Of a stretch of 64,000 bases of DNA, positions 53,371 through 64,000 are shown piece after piece (the first letter of the stretch is position 1; each line of letters starts with the position of its first letter). The DNA is taken from the NCBI GenBank assembly GCA_039830035.1, contig CP140038.1, positions 193,397-257,396 on the forward strand, in the 5' to 3' direction. The notes beneath the pieces are model-generated. The model worked only from the letters and a program-made list of their open reading frames with translations, searched no databases and was not told the DNA's origin. Position numbers and translations under genes: made by a program. This stretch comes from Buchnera aphidicola (Meitanaphis flavogallis) (GTDB lineage Bacteria; Pseudomonadota; Gammaproteobacteria; Enterobacterales; Enterobacteriaceae).

Positions 53371-54816
53371 ATGAAAATTAAAGAGTTAGTATTACGCATA
53401 GTATCTATATTTACAATTTTAGTTCTAAACTTAGGTTTGTCATGGAATCACCACCAATCATCTTTTCGTGCTATTCCGCGTTTAGAATTTATGAATACCA
53501 GTTTAGCGCCGATGATAGAACGAGTAATGCCTTCTGTTGTAAGCATAAACGTTGAAGGTAGTACTGCTATTCATAGTTCTTATATTCCTCCTCATCGATT
53601 TCGATCTTTTTTTGGGAATATTTTTCCGTTTTGCCAAACAGAATCTTTATTGAAGAATTCTCCGTTATGCCAAGATGATTTTAATGATGATTCTAATCAA
53701 GATAAATTTCGTGCATTAGGATCTGGAGTAATTATTAATTCTAGTAAAGGATATGTGGTTACTAATAATCATGTTGTTGATCATGCTAATAAAATCCAAG
53801 TTCAATTGAGCAACGGTAGTCAGTATAACGCTAAAGTTATTGGTAGAGATGCACGCTTCGATATTGCTTTAATTCAATTAGACGAAATTAAGAATTTAAA
53901 AGAAATACAGATGTCTGATTCGAATTTATTAAAAGTAGGGGATTATGTTGTTGCTATTGGAAATCCTTATGGATTAGGTGAAACTGTCACGTCAGGAATT
54001 ATTTCAGCTTTGAATCGTAGTGGATTAAATATTGAACATTATGAAAATTTTATTCAAACTGACGCAGCTATTAATAGAGGTAATTCTGGAGGAGCATTAA
54101 TTAATTTACAAGGAGAATTAATTGGAATCAATACTGCTATTTTAGCTCCAGATGGTGGAAACATAGGTATAGGATTTGCGATCCCAACTAATATAGTTAA
54201 AAGTTTGACTAATCAGATGATAGCTTATGGTCAAGTTCATCGTAATGAATTAGGAATTATGGGTATTGAACTTAATTCTGATTTAGCAAAAGTAATGAAA
54301 TTAAATGTGCATAGAGGAGCTTTTGTTAGTCGAGTTTTACTAAAATCATCAGCTGATGTTGCAGGGATAAAGCCTGGAGATGTGATCGTTTCTTTAAATA
54401 AAAAACCTGTTTTTAGTTTTTTAGCATTACGTGCTGAAGTAGCTTCTTTGCCGGTAAATACAAAAATGGAGTTAGGTTTATTAAGAAGTGGAAATTTACA
54501 GTCTGTCGTAGTGGAGTTAAAACCGTATATAACAAATAAAGTGTATTCTTCAGATTTATGCCTTGATATAGCAGGAGCTGAATTAAGTGATTTTTACTTA
54601 AATGGACAAAAAAAAGGAATTTATGTTGAATATGTTGAAAAAAATACAGCAGCTTTTCGCATAGGCTTAAGAAAAAACGATATTATCATTGATATTAATA
54701 AAAATCCTATATCTTCTTTAGAAGATTTTCGAAAATTACTCCGTATGAAACCAGAAGCATTAGTTTTTCATGTTAAGCGTGGTAATGAAATGATATATTT
54801 AGTTACGAGAGATTAA
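53371..54816 (+). CDS. degP: Periplasmic serine endoprotease DegP/HtrA
   Basis: 481 aa ORF with a signal-like N-terminus, the catalytic GNSGGAL motif and two PDZ-like regions. Confidence 0.93.
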   Translation: MKIKELVLRIVSIFTILVLNLGLSWNHHQSSFRAIPRLEFMNTSLAPMIERVMPSVVSINVEGSTAIHSSYIPPHRFRSFFGNIFPFCQTESLLKNSPLCQDDFNDDSNQDKFRALGSGVIINSSKGYVVTNNHVVDHANKIQVQLSNGSQYNAKVIGRDARFDIALIQLDEIKNLKEIQMSDSNLLKVGDYVVAIGNPYGLGETVTSGIISALNRSGLNIEHYENFIQTDAAINRGNSGGALINLQGELIGINTAILAPDGGNIGIGFAIPTNIVKSLTNQMIAYGQVHRNELGIMGIELNSDLAKVMKLNVHRGAFVSRVLLKSSADVAGIKPGDVIVSLNKKPVFSFLALRAEVASLPVNTKMELGLLRSGNLQSVVVELKPYITNKVYSSDLCLDIAGAELSDFYLNGQKKGIYVEYVEKNTAAFRIGLRKNDIIIDINKNPISSLEDFRKLLRMKPEALVFHVKRGNEMIYLVTRD

Positions 54817-54824
54817 ATTAGCGT

Positions 54825-54871
54825 AACCTACCTAGAGAAATAATAAATATGTTATATTTTTTAGGTAGGTT
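54825..54871 (+). terminator. Rho-independent terminator of degP
   Basis: A 10 bp stem (aacctaccta/taggtaggtt) followed by tttt. It starts 9 nt after the degP stop. Confidence 0.65.
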
Positions 54872-54921
54872 TTTATTTAAAAAAATTATTAGATTTTTTC
54901 AGAAATGAATTTTATAGAATT

Positions 54922-55746
54922 TTAATTAACATTTCTCAAAATTTTATTAATTTCAGTTTTTTTTAATGTTTTTTCGTCTACATTTTTTACGATAACAGCG
55001 CAGTAGAGATTGTAATCTTTGTTTTTAGATGGCAAACTTCCTGGAACTACTACAGATCCTTTTGGAATTCTTCCATAAGAAATAGTTTTATTTTGTCTAT
55101 CGTAAATTTTAGTACTTTGACCGATATAAACACCCATTGAAATTACTGATCCTGATTCGATAATTACTCCTTCAACAATTTCTGATCTAGCTCCAATAAA
55201 ACAGTTATCTTCAATGATGGTTGGATTGTTTTGTAATGGTTCTAGTACACCTCCTATTCCTACTCCACCTGATAAATGTACGTTTTTTCCTATTTGAGCA
55301 CAAGATCCGACAGTTGCCCATGTGTCTATCATGGTTCCTGAATCAATATATGCTCCGATGTTTATAAAAGAAGGCATTAAAATTGTATTTTTTCCAATAA
55401 AAGCACCATATCTGATTGATGCTGGAGGTACTATTCTTACTTTGTCTCGAAAAAAATGTTTTTCTTGGTATTCAGAATATTTCAATTTAATTTTATCATA
55501 GTATTGTATTTCATTGTTTTTAATAAGATTATTTTTTTTTATACAAAAATAAAGTAAAATAGCTTGCTTTATCCATTGATGAGTAATCCAGTTGTTTTTA
55601 ATTTTTTCTGCAATTCTTAATATTCCTTGGTCTAACATGGATATTACTTGATTAATAGCATTGGTAGTAGTGCTATCAATATTTTTAAAATCAATACTGT
55701 TTTTATTTTCAAATGTATATTTGATTATTTTTTTTAAGTTTGGCAT
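54922..55746 (-). CDS. dapD: 2,3,4,5-tetrahydropyridine-2,6-dicarboxylate N-succinyltransferase
   Basis: 274 aa ORF, the same length as E. coli DapD as I recall it. It has hexapeptide-repeat segments ([40 protein letters not shown]). Confidence 0.94.
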   Translation of the reverse strand: MPNLKKIIKYTFENKNSIDFKNIDSTTTNAINQVISMLDQGILRIAEKIKNNWITHQWIKQAILLYFCIKKNNLIKNNEIQYYDKIKLKYSEYQEKHFFRDKVRIVPPASIRYGAFIGKNTILMPSFINIGAYIDSGTMIDTWATVGSCAQIGKNVHLSGGVGIGGVLEPLQNNPTIIEDNCFIGARSEIVEGVIIESGSVISMGVYIGQSTKIYDRQNKTISYGRIPKGSVVVPGSLPSKNKDYNLYCAVIVKNVDEKTLKKTEINKILRNVN

Positions 55747-55841
55747 ATGTAGTTATAATTTTATTTATGTTTAAGAAACAGTTAATCATTTAAAAATGTA
55801 ACGTAAATAATTAATATTTGATAACTTCTGAAGTTTATATA

Positions 55842-56642
55842 TTAATCGCAATTGTTCAATATCTTTGGTATTTTTTCTTCTTTTTGTATTGTTAGTATTT
55901 CACATCCTTTTTCATTTACTAAAACAGTATGTTCATATTGTGCAGATAAACTGTTGTCTTGCGTTTTTATTGTCCATCCATCATGCATACATTTTACTTG
56001 ACTATCCCCTGCATTGACCATTGGTTCTATCGTAAATGTCATACCTGATTTTAATATTACTTTTTTGTTGTCATAATAATTATGATGTAATATTTGAGGA
56101 TCTTCGTGAAAATTTCTTCCAATTCCATGTCCGCAGTATTCTTTTACTACAGAAAAACTATGTTTTTCTACATGTTTTTGTATTATTATACCAATTTGAT
56201 TAAGTTGTACTCCTGGTTTTATGGCGTATAACGATAAATACAAGCTTTCCAAGGTTACTTTGCATAATAATTTTCCTAGTTGATTGGGTTTTCCTACAAA
56301 AAACATTTTAGATGCGTCTCCATAATATTGATTTTTAATAATTGCAACATCAATATTTATAATATCTCCATTATTTAATTTATCTTTGTGATTAGGAATT
56401 CCATGGCAAACAACGTTGTTAACAGAAATACAAATAGATTTTGGAAATCCATTATACCCTAAACAAGCTGGTTTAGCTTGTTGCTTATTTATTATATAAT
56501 CATGACAAATGGAATCTAATTCTCCTGTAGAAATATTGGGTTCAATATATTGTTCAATCATTTCTAGTACTTCTGCTACAAGTTTTCCTACTACTCGCAT
56601 CTTTTGTATTTCAATTTCATTTTTAATAGAAATAGTAGTCAT
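55842..56642 (-). CDS. map: Methionine aminopeptidase type I
   Basis: 266 aa ORF with VCHGIPN, DVAIIKNQYYGDAS, GHGIG and EHTVLV metal-ligand motifs. Confidence 0.94.
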   Translation of the reverse strand: MTTISIKNEIEIQKMRVVGKLVAEVLEMIEQYIEPNISTGELDSICHDYIINKQQAKPACLGYNGFPKSICISVNNVVCHGIPNHKDKLNNGDIINIDVAIIKNQYYGDASKMFFVGKPNQLGKLLCKVTLESLYLSLYAIKPGVQLNQIGIIIQKHVEKHSFSVVKEYCGHGIGRNFHEDPQILHHNYYDNKKVILKSGMTFTIEPMVNAGDSQVKCMHDGWTIKTQDNSLSAQYEHTVLVNEKGCEILTIQKEEKIPKILNNCD

Positions 56643-56962
56643 AATTTTTTATATGTTTATTTTTTTATAAACATAATTATAAATGTTTTTTGATAAAATA
56701 TATATCATTAGATAATTATATCTTTTAATATAAGTGTTCCTTGTTTAATAAAAAAATTTATTATTTTCATGTTCAGTACTATTTTAAGTATATTTATCTA
56801 TATATGTTATTGTATGGATTGAATTATATTAAAAAACTTCTAATAAATAAGATATGACGTAGAGTACATTTTAAAATATTTTTGCAAGAAATCAGTATGC
56901 AATGGAATTTTTAATACGTCAGGTTATCTGGTTAATTTATTCACATTCGTTTTGGAGTATTT

Positions 56963-57676
56963 ATGTCTGTTATATCGATAAAAGATATGTTAAAAGCAGG
57001 TGTACATTTTGGTCATCAGACTCGTTATTGGAATCCTAAAATGAAATCTTTTATTTTTGGATCAAAAAATAAAGTTCATATTATAAATTTAGAAACAACT
57101 TTATTAATGTTTAATATTGCTTTATCTGAATTAAAAAAGATTATATTAAAAAAAGGAAAAATATTATTTGTAGGTACAAAAAAAGCAGCAAGCGCGATAG
57201 TTAAAAGTTCTGCGATATCTTGTAAACAATTTTATGTCAATCGTCGTTGGTTAGGTGGAATGTTAACAAATTGGAAAACAGTACGTCAATCCATAAAGTT
57301 ATTAAAAGATTTAGAACTACAATCTAAAAATGGGACTTTTAACAAATTGACAAAAAAAGAAGCGTTATTACGTATGCGCGAACTGTCGAAGTTAGAAAAT
57401 AGTTTGGGCGGTATTAAAAATATGGGAAGTTTACCTGACGCATTGTTTGTAATAGACGCGGAGCATGAAAAAATAGCTATAAGAGAAGCAAATAATTTAG
57501 AAATTCCGGTATTTTCTATAGTAGATACTAATTCTAATCCTGATGGGATAGATTTTATTATTCCAGGTAACGATGATGCTATTAGAGCAATCAATTTATA
57601 TCTTAGCATTGTTGTTAAAACTATATTAAAATGTTATTTTCGCGATCAATCGTATGATATAGCATCTAACAACTAA
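56963..57676 (+). CDS. rpsB: 30S ribosomal protein S2
   Basis: 237 aa ORF with [19 protein letters not shown] and WLGGMLTNW motifs. Confidence 0.96.
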   Translation: MSVISIKDMLKAGVHFGHQTRYWNPKMKSFIFGSKNKVHIINLETTLLMFNIALSELKKIILKKGKILFVGTKKAASAIVKSSAISCKQFYVNRRWLGGMLTNWKTVRQSIKLLKDLELQSKNGTFNKLTKKEALLRMRELSKLENSLGGIKNMGSLPDALFVIDAEHEKIAIREANNLEIPVFSIVDTNSNPDGIDFIIPGNDDAIRAINLYLSIVVKTILKCYFRDQSYDIASNN

Positions 57677-57704
57677 AATAATAAAATCTATATAAGGATG
57701 TTTA

Positions 57705-58514
57705 ATGAAAAAAATTACTGCACTTTTAGTAAAAAAATTACGTATCCAAACTGGATCAGGAATACTTGATTGTAAAAAAGCGTTGATAGAAACACAAGGA
57801 GATATAGAAAAGTCTGTTGATTTTTTGAGAAAATTAGGTTGTGTAAAAGCGAAACAAAAACAGTCATTTTTTACCTCTTATGGTGTTATATTTATAGGTT
57901 CTAATAATAAATGTGCTGCTATGGTAGAATTAAATTGCGAAACTGATTTTGTTACAAAAGAAGATAGTTTTCTTTCTTTTGGAAGAAATATAATACATCG
58001 TGCTATTACTTTACGAACAAATGATGATTCATCATTACTGAAAACATTATTTGAAGAAGAAAGAGTACATTTAGTCTCAAAATTGAGTGAAAATATTGTT
58101 ATTCGTCGCATAGTAATATTGCATGGAACCAATATTAATAGTTATTTACATCATCGTAGAATTGGTGTTTTAATAAAAACTACATCACAAAGTAATCAAG
58201 CATTAATGAAAAATATTGCTATGCATGTTGCTTCTAGTAAACCTGAATATCTACGACCTGATTTAATTCCTAGTGCTGTTATAGAACGAGAATACAAAAT
58301 ACAACTAGAGTTAGCTATGCAATCTAATAAGCCTGAATCAATTGTAGAAAAGATAGTAAAAGGACGAATGATTAAATTTTCTAATGAAAAATCATTGTTT
58401 GGTCAAAATTTTATTTTTGATCCACAAAAAACCGTGGGTGAAATTGTTATAGAAAATAATATTGATATTGTTTCTTTCGTTCGATTTGAAGTTGGAGAAT
58501 TAATTTGTAAATAG
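57705..58514 (+). CDS. tsf: Elongation factor Ts
   Basis: 269 aa ORF with the N-terminal UBA-like LVKKLRIQTGSGILDCKKALIETQGDIEKSVDFLRK. It lies 28 nt after rpsB. Confidence 0.94.
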   Translation: MKKITALLVKKLRIQTGSGILDCKKALIETQGDIEKSVDFLRKLGCVKAKQKQSFFTSYGVIFIGSNNKCAAMVELNCETDFVTKEDSFLSFGRNIIHRAITLRTNDDSSLLKTLFEEERVHLVSKLSENIVIRRIVILHGTNINSYLHHRRIGVLIKTTSQSNQALMKNIAMHVASSKPEYLRPDLIPSAVIEREYKIQLELAMQSNKPESIVEKIVKGRMIKFSNEKSLFGQNFIFDPQKTVGEIVIENNIDIVSFVRFEVGELICK

Positions 58515-58571
58515 GATTTTATTAACTATAAGGAGCATGTAATTTAAAATACATAATTAATCGTTTTTATA

Positions 58572-58589
58572 AACCGCCTAATGGCGGTT
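58572..58589 (+). terminator. Hairpin terminator after tsf
   Basis: A 7 bp GC-rich stem (aaccgcc taat ggcggtt), 57 nt after the tsf stop. The trailing U-tract is weak. Confidence 0.5.
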
Positions 58590-58666
58590 AATATACTTCT
58601 TTGTTAAAGTAATATAGATTTTGGCAAGCATTATATTCTTAAATTTAATTTAGTAATGAGTTATAC

Positions 58667-59398
58667 ATGAAAAAAAAAAATAATAAAGTATTTAAATTTA
58701 AACGTATATTAATAAAATTGAGTGGTGAATCTTTACAAGGTAGTAACAAATTTGGAGTAGATGTAGATGCATTAAATTGTATTATAAAAGAAATAAAAGA
58801 TATTGCGAATTTAGGGATACAAGTAGGTATTGTTGTCGGTGGAGGAAATATATTTCGAGGAAAGAAATTAAAAAATTTTGGTATTAATAAAATTGTTTCT
58901 GATAATGTAGGTATGTTATCTACTATTATTAATGGATTGATATTGTGTGATTCCATGAAAAAAATGAATCTTAATGCGCATTTAATGTCTTCAATTCCAA
59001 TTGGTTCAATATGCGAAATTTATCACTATGAAAAAGCTATAAATTGGTTGAAAAATAGATATGTAGTAATATTTTCTGGAGGTTTAGGAAATCCATGTTT
59101 TACTACAGATTCAGCAGCTTGTTTACGAGCAATAGAAATAAAAGCTGATATTATTTTAAAAGGCACTAAAGTTAACGGAGTATATTCTAGTGATCCAAAA
59201 AAAAATATTAATCCGGTATTATATAAAACAATAACCTATGATGAAGCATTAACTAAAGAATTGCAAGTTATGGATTTATCTGCTTTTATATTAGCTCGAG
59301 ATCACAAATTGCCAATTTGTATTTTTAATATATATAATCCAGGGATTTTACGCCGGATTGTACAAGGTAAACGAGAAGGAACGTTGATTAAATTTTAG
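58667..59398 (+). CDS. pyrH: UMP kinase
   Basis: 243 aa ORF with RILIKLSGESL and GGGNIFRG motifs. Codons 2-5 are an in-frame A11 tract. Confidence 0.95.
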   Translation: MKKKNNKVFKFKRILIKLSGESLQGSNKFGVDVDALNCIIKEIKDIANLGIQVGIVVGGGNIFRGKKLKNFGINKIVSDNVGMLSTIINGLILCDSMKKMNLNAHLMSSIPIGSICEIYHYEKAINWLKNRYVVIFSGGLGNPCFTTDSAACLRAIEIKADIILKGTKVNGVYSSDPKKNINPVLYKTITYDEALTKELQVMDLSAFILARDHKLPICIFNIYNPGILRRIVQGKREGTLIKF

Positions 59399-59482
59399 TA
59401 ATTTAAACATTACAATATAGATTTTTAAAGATTATATATTTTATATATTAATTTCGTAGATAAATATTTTAAGGGGGCTATT

Positions 59483-60040
59483 ATGGTTGAAAATATTAAA
59501 AAAATTACGATAACAAAAATGGATAATTGTATAACTTTATTTATAAATCATCTTAATACGCTATGCATAACTAGAGCATCTCCCTCTATTTTAAGTTCTA
59601 TTTACATAAATTATTTTGGTAAAAAAGTACAATTGTGTAAAATTTCTAGTATATCTATAGAAAATTTTAATACTTTAAAAATTAATTTATTTGATATTTC
59701 TATTAAAAATGATGTAGAAAAAGCTATTAAAAATTCTGAATTAAACTTAAATCCTATTTCTATAGGAAGTGCTATAAAAATAGTACTTCCTATTTTGACA
59801 GAAGAAAGAAGAAAAAATTATATAAAATTAGCAAAAAGTGTTGCAGAACAAAGTCGAGTATGTGTTAGAAATATTCGTCGTAATGCTAATGATAAAATAA
59901 AGTGTATTTTAAAAGATAAGTTAATTAGTCATGATATAGAACGGAAATTGCAAAACGATATTCAAAACATAACTAATGATTTTATAAAGAAAATTAATCA
60001 AATATTGAAAAACAAAGAAAAAGATTTAATTAAAATATAA
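59483..60040 (+). CDS. frr: Ribosome recycling factor
   Basis: 185 aa ORF with VRNIRRNANDKIK, canonical length and canonical position. Confidence 0.94.
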   Translation: MVENIKKITITKMDNCITLFINHLNTLCITRASPSILSSIYINYFGKKVQLCKISSISIENFNTLKINLFDISIKNDVEKAIKNSELNLNPISIGSAIKIVLPILTEERRKNYIKLAKSVAEQSRVCVRNIRRNANDKIKCILKDKLISHDIERKLQNDIQNITNDFIKKINQILKNKEKDLIKI

Positions 60041-60162
60041 TAAATTTCTTGTATATGCAAATCATATATTTACTATATTGAAATTTCTTAACGTTTATTA
60101 ATTACTTAATTAAAAATATTTTTATTGAATTCATTTTATTTATATAGTATTGGAATGATATC

Positions 60163-61365
60163 ATGAAAAAATTAGCTATTTTAGGTTCTACAGGATCAAT
60201 TGGAGTCAATACTTTATTAATTGTTGAAAGAAATCCTCATTTATTTAAAGTTATTGCTTTGTCTGCACATAAAAATGTTAAGGTAATGACGCAGCAGTGC
60301 GAACTTTTTTCTCCTGAATGGGCTTCTTTAAAAAATATAAAAGCAGCTAAGGAATTAAAAATACAACTTAAAATTAGAAATATTAAAACTCAAGTACTTT
60401 CAGGCAGTAGCGCGGCTTGTAAATTTGCTAGTTTAGAATCGGTAGATTATGTTGTGTCTGCTATTGTTGGTTCTGCAGGTTTAATGTCTACATTACATGC
60501 AGTTAAATCTAGAAAAACAGTATTATTAGCAAATAAAGAGTCTCTGGTAATAGGAAATAGTATTTTGATGAGAGAAGTAGTTAACAATAATGCAATATTA
60601 TTACCTATTGATAGCGAGCACAGTGCTATATTTCAAAGTTTACCTATTGACGTGCAAAAAAGATTGGGATTAGTAAAACTTAGTGAATATGGCATTAAAT
60701 CTATGATTTTAACAGGATCGGGTGGACCTTTTTTAAATTTTCCATTGCATAAACTAAACAATGTTACTCCTCGTCAAGCTTGTGCGCATCCTACTTGGCG
60801 TATGGGAAAAAAAATTTCAGTCGACTCTGCTACTATGATGAATAAAGGATTAGAATATATTGAGGCAAAATTGTTATTTCACGCTTTTGATATTAAAATA
60901 GAATTAGTTATTCATCCTCAATCAATTATTCATTCTATGGTGAGGTATTGCGATGGAAATATAATAGCTAATTTATCGATTAATGATATTAAATTGTCTA
61001 TTTCATATGCTATGTTTTGGCCAGATCGTGTAGTTTCTGGTTTACCTCATTTAGATTTTTCTAAAGTTAAAACGTTATCTTTTTTAGAACCAGATTTTAA
61101 AAAATATCCGTGTTTAAAATTAGCGTTAAATGCATTTTTAAGTGGACATGCTTCTACTATCATATTGAATGCTGCAAATGAAGTTGCTGTTTCTGCATTT
61201 TTATGTTCAAAAATCAAATTCAACGATATTTATAAAATTATTGATTCTACATTAAATTTGTTATCTTTTTCTAATCCTAAAACTTTTAATGAAATATTAG
61301 AAATTGATAAAATAACTCGTATGAGAACACAAAAAATTCTTTCAAATTTTGTAGATAAAATATGA
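60163..61365 (+). CDS. dxr: 1-deoxy-D-xylulose 5-phosphate reductoisomerase
   Basis: 400 aa ORF with LAILGSTGSIG, LANKESLV, PIDSEHSAIFQ and NKGLE motifs. Confidence 0.95.
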   Translation: MKKLAILGSTGSIGVNTLLIVERNPHLFKVIALSAHKNVKVMTQQCELFSPEWASLKNIKAAKELKIQLKIRNIKTQVLSGSSAACKFASLESVDYVVSAIVGSAGLMSTLHAVKSRKTVLLANKESLVIGNSILMREVVNNNAILLPIDSEHSAIFQSLPIDVQKRLGLVKLSEYGIKSMILTGSGGPFLNFPLHKLNNVTPRQACAHPTWRMGKKISVDSATMMNKGLEYIEAKLLFHAFDIKIELVIHPQSIIHSMVRYCDGNIIANLSINDIKLSISYAMFWPDRVVSGLPHLDFSKVKTLSFLEPDFKKYPCLKLALNAFLSGHASTIILNAANEVAVSAFLCSKIKFNDIYKIIDSTLNLLSFSNPKTFNEILEIDKITRMRTQKILSNFVDKI

Positions 61366-61410
61366 CTGCTTGATTATTTTATTCATTTAAATAAGGTTAT
61401 AGCAAGTTTT

Positions 61411-62154
61411 ATGTCATTAAAACACTTTTTAACTATTAATAAAAATTATAAAAATATTTTACCACAACATGTAGCTATCATAATGGATGGTAATGGGAGA
61501 TGGGCTAATAAAAAAGGAAGGCTACGAATTTTTGGTCATCAAGCAGGATTAAGAGCAGTTCGACGTGCTGTATCTTTTTCTCTTTTTTATAAATTAAAAG
61601 TTCTTACTTTATATGCATTTAGCAGTGAGAATTGGAAGAGACCTTTCTTAGAAATTATGGTATTAATGGAGCTATTTTTTAGTGGTTTGCATAACGAAAT
61701 TAATAATTTAAATAAACAAAATATTCGTTTAAAGGTAATCGGCGATATTACAAAGTTTAACTCTGTCCTAAGAAAAAAAATTTGTGCTGTAGAAAAATTA
61801 ACAATAAAAAATGATGGTTTGATATTGAATATTGCAGCTAATTATGGTGGTAAATGGGATATTGTTGAAGCAGTAAAAAAAGTCTTTTTTAGAATTCAAA
61901 AACGTTATTTGTTGATTGACGATATTACTGAATCTACTATTTCTAAATATTTATCTATTAGTAATTGTATTCCTATAGATTTGGTAATTCGTACAGGTGG
62001 TGAATATCGTTTAAGTAATTTCTTTATTTGGCAAATTGCGTATTCGGAATTATACTTTACTAATATATTTTGGCCTGATTTTAATAGAAATATTTTTGAA
62101 AAAGCTATATTTTCGTTTATAAATAGAAAGCGCCGTTTTGGTTCTTTAGATTAA
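61411..62154 (+). CDS. uppS: Di-trans,poly-cis-undecaprenyl-diphosphate synthase
   Basis: 247 aa ORF with HVAIIMDGNGRWA, FSSENWKRP and RTGGEYRLSNFFIWQ motifs. Confidence 0.95.
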   Translation: MSLKHFLTINKNYKNILPQHVAIIMDGNGRWANKKGRLRIFGHQAGLRAVRRAVSFSLFYKLKVLTLYAFSSENWKRPFLEIMVLMELFFSGLHNEINNLNKQNIRLKVIGDITKFNSVLRKKICAVEKLTIKNDGLILNIAANYGGKWDIVEAVKKVFFRIQKRYLLIDDITESTISKYLSISNCIPIDLVIRTGGEYRLSNFFIWQIAYSELYFTNIFWPDFNRNIFEKAIFSFINRKRRFGSLD

Positions 62155-62339
62155 TTATTTTATGTAAGTTATTGTGATTACTGCGATATTAATTTGAATA
62201 TAAAAGTATAATTTTTTATTATGCATGCAAAATTAAAATTTGAATATAATATTTATAAAAAAATATTGTTTAAAATCTTATAAGAATACTTTTTTTATTT
62301 ATAATAGTAACATTATTATGTATTTTTTGTGATTTTTAA

Positions 62340-62798
62340 ATGTGCAAACTGAAACTTAAAGATATTTTAATGTTATTACCTCATCGAAATCCTTTTATTT
62401 TTATTGATAAAATTATAAAATATAAAGAAAAAAAATATATTATTGCAAAAAAATACGTAAAATTAAACGATTTTTTTTTAAAAGGACATTTTCCAAATTT
62501 TCCTGTAGTTCCTGGAGTATTAGTTTTAGAGTCCATATTTCAAACAGCGTGTGTTTTGGCATATAAAAGTACTCCTCAATTATGTAAGAGGGAACTATTT
62601 TATCTTTCTAGTATTGATTGTACTAAATTTAAAAAAAAGATATTTCCAGGCGAAACAATGACAATTTATGTAGATATTATTACTATCCGTACTCATGCTA
62701 TTCGCTTTCAAGGAAATGTATTTGTAAAAAATCGAGTTGTATGCAGTACAAAAATGTCTGTCATGAATGATACAAAATTAAAAAAAAATTTTATTTAA
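62340..62798 (+). CDS. fabZ: 3-hydroxyacyl-[acyl-carrier-protein] dehydratase FabZ
   Basis: 152 aa ORF with LLPHRNPFIFIDKI and GHFPNFPVVPGVLVLES (catalytic His) motifs. Confidence 0.9.
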   Translation: MCKLKLKDILMLLPHRNPFIFIDKIIKYKEKKYIIAKKYVKLNDFFLKGHFPNFPVVPGVLVLESIFQTACVLAYKSTPQLCKRELFYLSSIDCTKFKKKIFPGETMTIYVDIITIRTHAIRFQGNVFVKNRVVCSTKMSVMNDTKLKKNFI

Positions 62799-62819
62799 AT
62801 GTTATATTGGAATGTTGAA

Positions 62820-64000
62820 ATGGCAGATCCAAAATTTATTCATCTTCGAATTCATAGTGATTTTTCTATGATCGATGGATTATCCAAACCTAAATTATTA
62901 GTCAATCGAGTGGCAAAGTTTGGAATGCCTGCGATGGCTATCACAGATTTTAGTAATTTACATGGCGTTATTAAATTTTATCAAGCAGCATTATATAAAG
63001 GAATTAAACCAATTATTGGTGTTGATTTTAATATGTATGTTGATGAATTTTCATTAAATAAATTATCTAAAATTACTTTATTAGCTTCTACTAATACGGG
63101 ATATAGAAACCTAATTCTATTACTTTCTCGAGCATATCATAGTGGATACGATAGTACTATTGGAATAATAATAAAAAAAACATGGTTAATTGAATATCGT
63201 AAAGGTATCATTTTATTGTCAGGTGGTTGTTATGGTGATGTCGGAATCAATATATTGCAAAATAATAAGTTAGCGTTGTATAAAAGTTTATTTTTTTACA
63301 ATAAGTATTTTAAAAATTTTTATTATTTTGAAATTACACGTAATGGAAAATCTAATGAAGAAGAATATATTGATGAAATAAAATGTTTATCTGTAAAAGA
63401 AGGAATACCTTTGGTAGCTACTAATTCTGTTTGTTTTTTAAATGAAAGCGATTTTTCGGTTCATAAAATTCGTGTTTATATTAACCAAAGATATGTAATT
63501 AATAATAAAAAAGTTGAGCATGATTATACATCACAGCAATTTTTAAAAAATGAAGTTCAAATGTTAGAGATATTTTCAGATATTCCTGAATCACTTTCGA
63601 ACAGTGTAGAAATTGCTAAGCGTTGTAATGTAATTTTAAAATTTGATAAACATTTTTTACCAAAATTTCCTATAAGATGTAATAGTATTAATGATTATTT
63701 AGTTATTAAAGCAAAAAAAGGATTATTGAAGCGTCTTATTCATTTATATCCGGATAAAAAAATCCGAGATGCTTGTTTAGATAAATATGTTTCTCGTTTA
63801 TTGTCGGAACTAGACGTGATAAATAAAATGGGATTTCCTGGATATTTTTTAATAGTTATGGAATTTATTAATTGGTCAAAGAAAAATGCAATTCCAGTAG
63901 GCCCAGGAAGGGGATCTGGTGCTGGATCTTTAGTATCATACGCTTTGAACATTACTGAATTAGATCCTTTGCGCTTTGATTTGATATTTGAACGATTTCT
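62820..64000 (+). CDS. dnaE: DNA polymerase III alpha subunit, N-terminal ~393 codons (continues beyond the window end)
   Basis: Absent from the ORF track because there is no stop in the window. My translation from ATG 62820 gives [24 protein letters not shown] (PHP domain), and at the window end [33 protein letters not shown] in the same frame. Confidence 0.95.
   Translation, partial: MADPKFIHLRIHSDFSMIDGLSKPKLLVNRVAKFGMPAMAITDFSNLHGVIKFYQAALYKGIKPIIGVDFNMYVDEFSLNKLSKITLLASTNTGYRNLILLLSRAYHSGYDSTIGIIIKKTWLIEYRKGIILLSGGCYGDVGINILQNNKLALYKSLFFYNKYFKNFYYFEITRNGKSNEEEYIDEIKCLSVKEGIPLVATNSVCFLNESDFSVHKIRVYINQRYVINNKKVEHDYTSQQFLKNEVQMLEIFSDIPESLSNSVEIAKRCNVILKFDKHFLPKFPIRCNSINDYLVIKAKKGLLKRLIHLYPDKKIRDACLDKYVSRLLSELDVINKMGFPGYFLIVMEFINWSKKNAIPVGPGRGSGAGSLVSYALNITELDPLRFDLIFERF

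Noticed and set aside
56860-56962. A slightly GC-richer 5' leader of rpsB, considered as the conserved S2 autoregulatory leader structure of gammaproteobacteria.
   Set aside because: I cannot reproduce the conserved pseudoknot from memory or verify pairing by eye. It needs an Infernal search with the Rfam rpsB-leader model before any claim can be made.

Overview
This window is very AT-rich and gene-dense. It carries about 56 conserved gammaproteobacterial housekeeping genes and one tmRNA. I found no tRNA or rRNA genes, mobile elements, CRISPR arrays, prophage, toxin or defence genes. The gene content and order are: gyrA, a DUF2076 gene, ahpC, ung, grpE, nadK, ssrA, grxD, rnt, sodA, pth, ychF, thrCBA, dksA, truA, mrcB, secA, coaE, guaC, aceEF-lpdA, mtn, erpA, a complete dcw cluster from ftsZ back to rsmH, ilvIH, apbE, degP, dapD, map, rpsB-tsf-pyrH-frr-dxr-uppS, fabZ and dnaE. 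From memory, this is the arrangement of a reduced obligate insect endosymbiont, most like Buchnera aphidicola. That assignment is from recall, not a search. Many genes that flank these loci in E. coli are replaced by short, featureless AT-rich spacers. The main finding is six reading-frame breaks, each sitting exactly on a 9-10 nt homopolymer (sense-strand A runs, and one T run). They lie in otherwise intact, motif-conserving genes: ung, murD, murE, ftsI (two compensating breaks) and apbE. Five of the six would be repaired by one extra nucleotide. This fits the described endosymbiont phenomenon of poly(A) frameshifts partly rescued by transcriptional slippage, but homopolymer sequencing error and early pseudogenisation are live alternatives. 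Other observations are long in-frame A10-A11 tracts at the 5' ends of essential genes, a 979 bp non-coding spacer between thrA and dksA, an orphan fabZ, a retained DUF2076 protein of unknown function, a sigma-32-like promoter upstream of grpE, and a few GC-rich terminator hairpins. I see no evidence for a novel multi-gene system here.
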